From: Lingula anatina
Taxonomy: Eukaryota; Animalia; Brachiopoda
NCBI GenBank assembly: GCA_051362555.1
Contig: CM120641.1
Coordinates: 20,026,001-20,090,000, forward strand
Length of the DNA: 64,000 nt
Reading direction: 5' to 3'
Of this stretch, positions 27,510-40,300 are shown one piece after another (within the stretch, counting starts at the first letter, position 1; every line of letters begins with the position of its first letter). The notes beneath the pieces are model-generated. The model did no database searches. It saw nothing but the letters and a program-made list of their open reading frames with translations, and had not been told where the DNA came from. The translations under genes and the position numbers were made by a program.

Positions 27510-30500
27510 CACTTTGTTCTGGAAAAAAAAAGAAAAGATATTCAAAGACTGATCAACCTGAAATAACAAAAATAAATTTGAATCAAATAGCAAATACTAC
27601 TTTTTAAATAAGTAATCTTGGGTTATACAATATAACTAAAACTTTCAGTAAAAGAAAAAAAAAAAAAAAACACTCATGGGATCAAAAGTACATAAAAACA
27701 AACAGGATATCCAATGTCTATGGAGTGCCTGGTAAAGACTAAAGTGGTGCCTGGGTGAGACTCCTTGTAAATCCAATGATAGAAATCACTGTCATACAAA
27801 ACTGCCTGACATTCTGTTCTGACAACAGTGTTACAACATCAAGAACAAAAAAGCATTAAGATGACAATAAATTACAATGTAAAATTTGACACTCATCACT
27901 ATAACAATGATCTAGAGAGAGGATCCCCTGCAAATCAAGGGTACCATTTTTTTTTCTCTGTATACATTCCAGTGCTACAAAAACATCATATCCGCTTAAC
28001 CAAGGCTGTTTACAGTGGGAAGAAGTTAGAAAGTAATGTAAATAATAATATACTATTGATTAGACTATATTTTATCCATGCATCCAATATGTGATGTGCT
28101 GTATTAATGTTACCCATAAGTATTTTATCATTCTTTCCTGATTATCATTATGATGAAATGGTGACTTGTCACAGCTGTAAGATGCAGAGCCTAAATGCTT
28201 TGACATGTTAAGTAAAATCATAACTGTTTCAACATGACACCTGGTAATAAATGTCACAAAAATATACTTGTCACAAGAAGAAATATTCAATAACCTTGTG
28301 AAACATCCCCTAAATGTCACAACAACAACTTGAAATGACAGTCATTGGAAATAAGTGTCAACTGTATGCACCTGTTGGAGTGTCCTGTTTATGTCTGTCA
28401 CTGATCTCAAGATCAAGCTATTACTAGTACCTATTAACTTGGCCCTCAATGTAATTTTCTCTTCTTTTTTTTTTTTTTTCATTTAGAGATTGCTGACAAA
28501 CAGCTGATAACTTTGACCAAATCATTACCTAAACCGAAACAAATAGGAAAATAAGAAATATGTACTAGTATTTCCTTAAACTACACAAAAACATATTTAG
28601 CTGTTGAGGAAGAACTCTATGTACAACCTGAACACGGCCAAATGATAACTGTGACTTATCAAGATCTTCCAGATATTTCCTTAAATAAGTCCCTGTATCT
28701 AAGACTAATAGTGATTGTCTCTTCAACTAGATCACAGAAAACAGCCATAAAATAACCATCAAAACATCATCTTCATTAACATCCTGGTTCTGCTGTTTTG
28801 GTATATGACCTTTGTTGATTTTTTTCTGTGGTATCAGTTATTTTAATGTCATTCTTAACATTTTATCTTCACCTTTATTCTGGGGTGAATTCATTTACAG
28901 GTGTCTCTTGCACTTATAAATTGTTTACCCACACTTTGTTTGTGTTTGTAAACAAGTTCTAAAAGAAACAATTAAAAAAAATAATGGTGTGTTATGTTAG
29001 TCCAAATACACAATGAAATACATCACAGACAGGACTGAAAGGCTTTGTTATAGCCAGTTCAAAAATAATAGGTTTCTTTCTTCATAAAAATCACCCCCCA
29101 AATATTCTAACAAATCCTACAACTCATGCTAAAAAGAAGTAAATTACAAATCCTTCCCCATTTCCCTGGCAATATTTACATTTCCCCATCATTTAATGAC
29201 AATCAAGATCATTTAGGGAATCAAAACCACAGAGGAATCTGCATAAATTTGGCATTACACCTTCCTGTCAAGCAAACCAAAGGCCCACCATGTTATGTCT
29301 CTATTCAAACTGGATATGCTTTTCAGAAAGATCACAGACTTGGGCTGTGACCAGAAAAATGTTCAATTACGCAATATCCTACGCCAACCACTTGATCATG
29401 CAACCACCTTCTTTGAAATGCTGAAGGCTAATACCAAGAGCCCTCCTAACTAAAACATTATCATCCATTTTCACAGTGAAATATGTCCCTGACAGTTGTA
29501 TCATCGTTGTCATTACTCATCTTAATCTCCATTAATACCAAGTTAATTGCTGCATCGGCCATAAATGACAAGACTTAGCATGCAAATTTTGATGTTCATG
29601 CATTGTAGTGTTTGTGAAGATTATCTTCGAAGTTCTTGTGGGGTCTTCCACTAGTCTCAGAACAACAGCTAAAAAGGTAACCGGTCTCAGATAACAGCTT
29701 CTTAGCCATAATGAAAGCCCATGTACAACCTAATAGCAGGTTTCACTTGAACTGTGACACCAAGAAATATCCTGGGACAGTCTGGTCCAAAACTTATATC
29801 AAAAGAAACCCGTTTCAAGGACTGATCTCAGGAGGGACCTGCAATTATTTATTAACCCTTCTGGAAAGTAACACTATCTAGAATAATGTTACAAGGTGGT
29901 CAGACCAATAATTATCTGAAGATACATCCACTAATAAAACTGCCAGGGGCTGGAGTGGAGTGGGGGGAGGGGGTAGCAATTTCTCACCTTTATGGAAAAG
30001 GAGCTAGTCGGTACAGTACTGTGGGGTATGAATGTTCACGGACAAAAGTGACAACAGGACCCTACAATTATTTCTTAACCCTTCTGGGAAACAATCTTGA
30101 TATGGCATATCTATTTCTCACAAGCAGCCTCTCAGTCGCCATAAAGAATTGCAGACTTCTTTGCCCTTTTCAATCAAAAACCATATCTTCTCCCAAACAG
30201 ACTTTTCATGTCTGCATAGGACCAACATTACTTCATTCCCTCCAGACCAAGACTCCAAGCCATAAGTATGTTTCAGCACCTTTGTATTTATTTTCTTCTT
30301 GCTTCAAAGGGCTTTATCTTCCGATATATCATCAGTAGAGAAAACGATTGTAGGACAAAAACTGTGATGCCTTTAAAATTTTTTCCTTTTTCAGTTTAAG
30401 CATGAATTAAATAATAACTTGAAGAACACATTTTCCTTAACAATAACAAATCATCCCAAATATTTGGCAAAAAAAAATTATAGTAATAAAAGAGATGGAA

Positions 30501-31344
30501 TAAAATAAAAAAGAAATAAAATAAGCCAAGAGTCAAGAAGATAGGGCATGGATATCTGAAAAAGCGGTTGTTTTCCAGCTCTCTTAACCTGCCAGGTGCC
30601 TGGTCCATACCTGGTCCATCTGGCTTTCATCATTAAAATTATTTGTCAGATCTCTCATTCAGGTTCAGACCAGGTTCATCATCATTCAAGGCAACATCCA
30701 CACCTGTCTCTGGATCAAATGGAGTGTTTTCAAACAAACTAAATGACCCCCCCCTCCTTTTAAATATGGCATTTTTTTATGTTTTACATTAGCACATTTT
30801 GTTTCTCTCTCATGTTTCATTTTTGGAGCAATTGTTATGCAATAAATTCCTGCATGGTGTAATGTAATCAATATAAGCCCTTTCTGTTTATATATGTTAG
30901 AAGTATATTAGGATGTCACATGAGTGCTCTCTGTAAATTATAGCAAAAGGAAAACAAGATCCTTATTGTTTTTCATATTCATCTCAGCAATGTAAATCGA
31001 GAGGGTCAATTCTGGCACCTCTCCAAACCGAAAAGATAAAAAATGGTGATTACTTCACTAAAAGTTGTTAGAAGTCAACTATGAAAAATGTCACATCCAC
31101 CAGTTCAGCACAGAAACAGGTTTCCCCCTGCTAAAATAACAATTACTGCCACGAAACCACAAAGTGAAACTGGCCCTGCATTGGGAATGCCTAACACCAA
31201 AGGAAAGCCAAATTGTCTCAAATGAATGTGGGGAATTCTGATCAGCCAAAAAAACACAAGGAACTCTTCTCCACTCCGGAACTAATTATTCCACAGAAAC
31301 TACCAAGTTCCATTAGCAAGGGAAACACTTATGATTTCTATGTC

Positions 31345-31393
<49 letters not shown>

Positions 31394-34325
31394 ATCTCTT
31401 CAACATTGAAATATAAACTAAATTCCACTTGAGTTCAAGTGTATTTTCTCCTTTCTCTTACTAAATATAAATATTTAGTAACCACAACTTATGATTCACA
31501 AAATACACACTCGCATACTACACCCAATTTTTCCCAGCTGAAAAACCGCATTTCTCATTATGACAACTGTAGGCCTACCTGGTTGTACACTTGTAATAAT
31601 ATCGAGTGCCTTGAGGCTTGTGATTAGATCTGGTTCCATCTCGGGTTCATTTGCTACTTCTTCATCTTCTTCTACTAACAGCTTGTAGTTCTGCTCCTCA
31701 TCTTCCAATTCTGTTTCATCGCTGGGTGATGAATCTGTTGTTTCTGCCTCTTGGGGGTGCGCGTCAACCGACTGCGCTTTCTCTTTCTCATAATTCTCAG
31801 GCATCTTTGTTTTCATGGCAGATTTTGATTGCCATCTTATGTTATTGTTTTTTTCCACCGATGGTGACCACTGGTCCTTTTGCACAGTCTTCAAATTTTC
31901 CGAGTCTTGTGGCTGATTTCTGGTCCAGGAGGTGGTAGAGGAATTGCGAAGATAATCTTGTTGATGGTTCTGCTCATCATGATGTGTTGGATCCACTGGG
32001 AATTTGTGCAACCACTCTGGATGCATTGGGCTACTCTGGTGGTTGTCTGTCAGATTATCTTGGATCTGCGCTCTTCCTACGCTGCCCATTCTTCCTCGAT
32101 TTTCCCCTCCCATAGAAGCATTGTAGATTTTTGAATTTTTCCATGGGGAATCTCTCATTTTGGAATTGTTATTGTTGTTCAAAAGAGGTGTGCTGTTGGA
32201 GTAATTATGTGGTAATCTGTCATTGTTTGCTGAAAAATTGGTGTTTTTAACTTCAGGATCTCTCAATCTGCTACTGCTATTGCTGCCACTACTACTTGAC
32301 GGTAAAAAATTAACATTGTGCAACTGTGGTCTGGCTGCCACAACATTTGAATTCTTTGCCCTTGGCTCTGGTCTGTTGTTGTTGTTGGCAGGGATTACTC
32401 TGAATCTATCAGTGGCAGAGGATGCAGAAGACACAGGCTGGGGATCAGAAACCAGATAGTATTTCACAGACTCTATGGACATGGGGTGTACCCCAGCTCC
32501 TACTCCTGGTTTCACATTGCTGATTACTTTCACCAGTGACGGCCTCTGAGTATGTGCGTAGATGGGCTTGTCTTCTTCCACAATGGCAGTCTGACCATTT
32601 CTATGGGCATTTACTGGCTGTAGGTCAGTTACTTTCCCATTGGAGATCAGTTTATACTGATTGGTGACCACTGGCTGCCCGATGTATATGGGCACCAGTT
32701 TGAAATCTGCACCTGGCATGATGTGTGTTTCTATTCAAAAACACACCACAGATAAAAAAGTTCCTTCTTAGAGTCTTTTTAAAGGTCTTCCCTTTTCAAA
32801 GTTTACTTTCAACTGCCTGCTTTTTCCCTGCTTCCTTTTTCCCTTGTCAGTGCTGAAACAAATTACCTCTCTCAAAATAAACCACCAGTTGCCAAGATTG
32901 AGAAACTGTTTCTCCTTCGAAATCACAGGTACCTTTAAACCCTGACGCACCAGCTGCCAGCTCTTCATACGCACATTCTATCTGGGTCACAAAAATAACA
33001 CCCATCGCATCAACTTTCATTGGTTGGAGCTTAAATGGCCCTGGCTGCCAACAAGAGACATGCGTGCAAAATGGATAGGGTCCCAATTCCCCAGGCCCAA
33101 CCCCTCATTTCAAAGTTCCCTACCTGCAGCCATCATGAGTAAGCATAGTACCTGTCTAACTTCTAACACCTTGGGCCATTAAATAGGTTGAAATCGGTGC
33201 CCAGCACCCAGAGAGAGCCTGTTGGTTATTGCTATCCATGTTCCAGACAGGTGAGGTGATATATGGGTTCCCCATGCACAAAGGTCAGGCCCCAAATTAA
33301 TGGCTCCAAGGCTGCCCCTAAGCATGGATCACACTATGGGTAATTGTATTATCTAACAAAAATCTCTTTACCTCACATTTTCATGGTAACAACTGAAGGA
33401 AGGGCATTTAACTTAACTTGTTCATCTCCCTACATGAATGGGTATGAGGTATGTAATTAAGCATTCCAGCCAGCACCCAACAAACAGCCTGTTTACACCC
33501 ACACTGGTGCTGGGCTGGTACATTACCTATTGTTTTAAATCTGTGAATCACTCACTGAATCCATTTCAAGGGGACTTTTTGCCAATTAGAACATACTTTC
33601 CTCATGAACACTTGCCAAAGAAAGGGAGTAGTAAACAGTCCTGAACAACCAAGTACAATGCCATTTGATGACGTTGTTGTAAAACCAAACCCTATGATAT
33701 TTGAAAATTCAGTTCTATAAAGCAGAAAAATAAATGGATTCATGTGCGCTTTGAAGGAGGCAGGTATAACTAAAACTGACAAGAAGGACTGCTCACTTTG
33801 CCTGGTATCACAATAAACTTCAAAAACTTCTGTTGGGAACCTCACCTGTTTCTATACAACAGGAAAACAACTTAATGGGAAAAATCACTTCAGGCGAAAC
33901 CTGTCCATTAAACTCACCCTGCTCTTTGGTTTTTGATGGTATTTTAAGACTCCCAATGAGTGGGCAACTGCAAATGCCCCGTGACTTATAAAAAAGAACC
34001 TGCCCCATCATACTGAAGGCTCACTCAGAATAGCTAAATATAATCAGTTAACCCAAGGATTGCTCTTAAAATGCTGCCCAAGGCTGTGGTTTCACCTATG
34101 GTTCCTGGTGTGTGTGACAGATATGAGGACAGTTCATACTGTGTACTATTAGGGTGGCTTATAGGAGCCTTCCTAGATTTCCCTTGTAATAACAGCTTTA
34201 TTATATTTTATATTTTTTTCCCTTTATTTTCACTTTCCTAGCAAGGTTAATTTCAACCTTCCTATATTTCCCTTACAATAACAGCTTTATTATACACCAT
34301 CTTTTTTCCTTTATCTTCACTTTAT

Positions 34326-34356
<31 letters not shown>

Positions 34357-37300
34357 CAATGCAAAGTATAAATAATACTAAAAAAAACTCAATTACATAA
34401 TACACAGCTCCACCCAAAGCTATAAAGAATTGTATATGGCATGTCACTGCTGTGGCTAACCCAGCACCCACAGTGAATGACCAAGTATCAAGATGGGGTG
34501 CTCACCACATTATCATAGCATTAATATATTGGTTACCCACCAAGGCTTACCAGAAACCCTGACTAAAATGTTCCAATTAAATGTGCAATCACCATTTACC
34601 AGTTAAACATAGAACGCATTCAGATTTATACATTGCACTAGCTGGGTCGTTCCCCTCTAGAGTTGGACCAATCCAGCAAGCATAATTTGAGAATTTGAAT
34701 GCGCCTTTACTTAAGCAATCCACTGCACTCTTGCAAAATAAAGAACACTTCTTTTACTGGTCAGACATATATTTTATCATAAACCTATGATGGCTTGGCT
34801 AAAAGTTATTAAATTCTCTTAAGCCCCTAGCAGTATCAGAAGTTTGCCAAATTTTAGACATGCATCCTAAAACCTTAAGTCAGATATTCTTTTTTTCATT
34901 AAAAATAAACACAGTGGACCTGACTTTATGGTAAAATAATTTTTCTCTTTGTTTTTTTATTAGTAGATTATCTCTCAAAACCCTGAGATGAATTAATTTC
35001 ATTGAGAGTGGTCCAATAGTTGCAGAATGATGTGTTTTCCTGTGTAAATCACCCTATAGCAACCTAGTGATGACATCAATGGTTGTTAATTGATATTGTC
35101 GAGCAGTCTCAATTCCCCACAATGAAACAGATATGACCAATTACTTATGGTGTTGTTCATCTAAACTTGTGGTTCTGATACAAAAATCCATTTCGCATCC
35201 AATCAATACTTGTACTTTAAAACAGACAGTGACCGAGGCTGTATTGATCTGAAAATCTAGTCATATGATTAACAAATGATCACTTGTTTACTTGCATGTG
35301 TGCTAAAAAATGGCCTTGAATTGGGGGTAATGTTGTCATATCCAATTAAAAATTACTCCTCAGATTTGGAATGAAGCTGTCAAAAATGTAACCATGGACT
35401 GTTTCAAACAAAATACTCATCAAATTAAAGCTTTAGCATCAAGGCTCTGAGGTCTTAGGAAATCTGTACAAGTTCCTAGGACCACCTTTACCATTTTAAA
35501 ATTGAGCACAGATTTGTTGTACTTAAGACTCATTCTGCACACACATAAATATTATAAAATCGTGGTGAAAAAATCAACAAATAAAACAATACAACAAAGA
35601 TGTGTAAATTATAAATAGTCACTGACCCAATTCCACGATTTATTTACTTATTTATTATTAATCATAATTCCCTATTTTAAGGCACACTATGTGAACAAGT
35701 TGTGATCTGCAGCATGTATACATTTGTCCTACATTTAGTCTAAGGACATCAGATGGAAGAGGGGTTAACTCTTCACATGACCCATAGCATTAAGGTCATA
35801 ACTTTCATGGGTGCTGACCTGCCTTTATTTTCAGGACATTTTTGATCATCATCTAAACCCTCACCTTAACTGAAAACCAAGCTTATTATTTGTTGGTACC
35901 TCTACCTTTATTAAGATCTGGCCATACGTGTAATTCACCAAACAGACAGCACTGATAATAAATTTTCAGATATGCCCCAAGGTTAGCTGCCAAATGATAC
36001 ACTGTTTTACAATAAAATTTCAATGTTTATTCAAATATTCTTACTTTCAATGTGTGTACCTGTGTGCAGGCATGTGTATCATTTCATCTAATTTATAAAT
36101 CTTCAACAAGATTCAAAATTGCATGGACAGTTGGATAAAAGGTAAACCATCTATGATTTATAAATGTGATAAAGTTAAAATGAAAACAAAAAAACTTTCA
36201 GAAAATTTCACTGCTTTTTCAATTTTCTTACCCCTTCTTCCTGTATCAGAGTTTACTTGATTTGATATCAGGAGTAACCTCTGGGCAACTATATGACTAT
36301 GGTGAGCCTGTTGTCTTTTCAACGCTTCGTAATAATTTCCGCCAAATTTACCAGCACTGCGCTCAAAAATGTCCATTTTTCTTCTCAGCAACACATTAAC
36401 AAGTTGTGCTTGTTCCCTCTTCCCAAGTTGAGTCCCGGTTCTCTTTTGTATGGCAGTGGTAATCTTGCCCACAATGCAATCTGTGGACAAACCACTGTTT
36501 GAATGTTGTTCCAGGAAATGCATGTAATACCCAATATGATAATGGGAATGTGCAATTTCCACAACTCTCGTCAGGTGGTATTCTCTCCTGCACGGTTTCT
36601 TTTGTATCCTCGTAACAGATGAAATATGTGGCCGCGAAAATCTAATCAATTTTAGTGCTACACAAATGGCTGTTTTAGTTTGCTCAATATTTCAACTTTA
36701 GGCTGGCACCTGGTGAGTAAATGAAGTGCACTCAAGATGAAATATGAAATCCAATTTAAGTTCCCTCTTTAATACTTGGCACTAACAACTGCTTTAGTCT
36801 ACTACAGTGATGAATCACAGAAAATACGTGTCCCTACTTGGCTAAATGTTCAACCCGAACTGCCTAGGAGTGTAGAAGATCAATCAATTTAAAAAAGGCT
36901 TTTCTTTGTTTGTTTACATCCCATCCCACCTCACTGGCATACACACCCACTAACTTGTTTATATTGACTTCATTTTGTAAATACCAATGTCAGAGCCAGA
37001 CACCTTCAATCCATCATTATGACATCACTACAACAAATTTGGGGCTAAAATGACCTCTACTATAATCTTTTAGTAATTTATAATCTTTCGATGACTTTCA
37101 TTAGCAATGCCCTAGAGAAGCAGAAGTCCTAATGAAAATATTGTCACAACTTTTATGACTGCCATATCTCTTGTATCATTAATACCCATTATTAGATGCC
37201 CTCGTGCTGTAAAGGTTTTTCTCTATAAACAATAACACAGAATCCAATAAAAACGTGCAAAGACAAAAGGACACTTAGAGTATAAGCATACATATTTAAT

Positions 37301-40300
37301 GACCGTGCAGACGTCAGTGGAGTCCACAAACAGAATGTTTTCGGAAAGCGATAAGCATTCTGCTGACAGAAAACACTCAAGTCCCAGGCACGCTTTTGAC
37401 TTGAAATGTTGAAACAGTTTCTCATAAGCATAAATGAACACATATCTAATAACAAAAGCATGTTTGCTTTTATGGTTCCATTGTATTGGGCCATCAATAT
37501 TACTTTTTCATATGATATATATAAAAGAGAGAATATATATTTTCGATGCAGAAATTTATACACGTCAAAATCTAAATAATAAATTTTCCCCCTTACTGCT
37601 GGTGTGATATCCATTCAACCAATACCTCTACCCCCATCAAAGGAACTTTTTATGATAAAAAAGTAACACTTTTGCTGGAAAAATGGCCTTGGTCAAACAA
37701 CAGTTCACACAGCAGACTAGTTATGCAATTTCTGTGTGAGTACTGTAAATAAAGCTGTTGACACCCTTAAGCACCGTTTCCACTGAAAATAGGCTGGCAC
37801 TTCTCAGACTGTCAAGCTATGTGGCCGTAGGTATTAAAGGGTTGGCTTAACAGTAAATGCGTCTTTATAACTTGGTTCACCACATCTTCCTGTGCACCAT
37901 GTACTTCTGAACACGACTAGCAATAGTCAGAGTCTGCACACTTACACTTAAAATGAATCAATGGAAAACACAAATGGATTAAACATTTTGAAGATCCTAC
38001 TATTATGGCAGAGAAACCCATAACTGGCATCTCCTTAATTAGCACTTTGCTTTTTGTTTCAATGATAATCAAGTAAATAAAAGATACATGCTTTGAATTT
38101 TCTCTTGCAGAAGGAAACAAAAAATCTCAGGAATTCATCATTAGGGGTCCATACATAAATCACAAGCTAGAGAGATAATGCCTTATTGTGCACAGTGCAA
38201 CACCCATTGCATTTTATATATATATGGAGAAAGCAAACATTATCACATATGGTCACTTCTTTTGTCAATTACGTTCAGTTCAAACTAAGTCATCAACAGA
38301 GTAATAATTGAATGACAAGAAGATGAACATCAAAATAATTATTAATCTTAATTTAAATACTTCATTCAAGCTTTAATTGCAAAAAAAAGAAAATGGACAG
38401 AAATTTGCATACTTACGCTGACTAGGTTTAGCTGGACTGGCATTTAAATCAAAATACTCTGCTAAATTCCCTGATTTTCCTGTGCGTTTCAAAGTGCTTT
38501 GTGCATTTTGCTCAACCTCTGACCCAGGCATTATTATTTTACCTTGGGACTGAAGTCTGTGAATTTTCATGTTCAAAAATTCCTTTCTCCAATAAACTGC
38601 TACTTGTGTTCTTTAACCACTGTTAACGGCTATGCCTACAATACTTATCCTCTTTGTTTGTCTATGCTAAATGGAACAGTGGTACTATGAAGTTCATCAT
38701 CACCAGGTCAGACCAACTTGTAAACAACAATTTTCGCATGAAAACAGGCACGGAGGAATCATGTGACCTTTTACAGAGAGTATGCAAACTTTGCACACAA
38801 CTCCAATATGGCTGCCTACTGACTGGTTCAAAACAAACAGGATTATAATAAGCATAATAGAGGAAAACAGTACACAGGCTCAATTTCCAATAATCTTAAG
38901 AATTTTCTTGGCCCTTGGCAGCTTAAAATAGGACACACTTTTTCAAAATCAATGAACAGCTATGCTTCAGGTCTCAAATCTGTCCGTTTCTGTAGTTCAC
39001 TGTATGCTGTAGATTTTAAATAGAACAGTAGCAAAGTAGATTTAGGTCTAAAATGTTTTTTACAGCTTGTATACTGGCAGCACGTTTACAAAATTATCAT
39101 TCATGATTAACTACATTTTTGTTGGATTATTTGGTTTTGTACAAAGCATACCCATATGGGAAACTAAACAGATGGCTTGATAAAAAACAAGGCCAGCTTG
39201 TAAATGAATCATGTAGGCCGACTTCTGAACAGTAACAGTAATGAAATATAAATTGTCACATCATTGACTCACATGTATTTCAAATCTATAATAGGCCATG
39301 TCTGCAGTTCTGACTTTATCAAACTTAAATTCTGAATGCAAAACAGGATAATAAACTTGTTTTGATGAACAAAAATTAATGCTTATCAGGTGATTTAAGG
39401 TTAGTGACCTGAATTTAAGATTAGCCAGGTTTCACAAGCTATCCATGTCACTTCGTGATTAAAGTTTTTTTTTTTACAAAATCTGTCATGTCTACGTGTG
39501 TCCATTCATGTATATGCACATGCATGTTCAAATGATATGTAACAACTTGAACTAAAATACTAGAATTCCTCAATACAGTACTAGTAAACACATATATATG
39601 AAATGCTAATCAATAATTTTATGATGGCTGCGATAACAGGGCCCAACACTTTGGTAATGATATACATGGCAATGTCACAAATAGATGATAAAAAACAGTT
39701 AGCTTCTAACAACAAACAATCTACCTTTCGATGTTCTCCTTTTCCTTGTTGCAGTTAAGGAAGGGATGTTCCACATAAGTAAACCATCTTCATTACTTTG
39801 AATACTTAGCCCAACTGCGTCTGGGTAGAAATCCATGATTTTCACCATAACTTTGACGGAGACATGCCCATGACTGTTCCACTTTACTGTGCTATCAAGT
39901 CGGTATTATTATTTACATTATATGGTGCAGGTATGGCTGCCTACAGTATCAGTAAAAAGGGGGTTAAACCCGTAAGTCAATAAGGCTCAACTGACAACTC
40001 TCAAATATTTGCGGTACCTTAAGAAATCCATGGCTTCTGTAAATATTGAGCAACATTTCACTTTAACATATCATTTTTTTTTAAAGGTGATCCTTATACA
40101 AAATCAGTTATCTGGGATATTCCATGAAAGGATATTCTCTGAGTCACATCATTGCCGCACACATTTTGTGTAATAACAAACTAAATCACACACAAAAAAT
40201 TCAATCAGAGAACCAAAGTGGATAATGCCCTTGTAATCACATTCAATATTAAATATAAATTTTTTTCATATGCATCAGACATCATAAAGGTTTGAGCAAT

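Noticed and set aside
29886-30338. 150-aa + strand ORF in CTDSP intron 1
   Set aside because: No domain features or splice support; overlaps a degenerate local duplication.
31496-32719. Independent nested gene or transposon ORF
   Set aside because: No recognisable domain or element ends; in-frame splice sites to CTDSP explain it better, though not proven.
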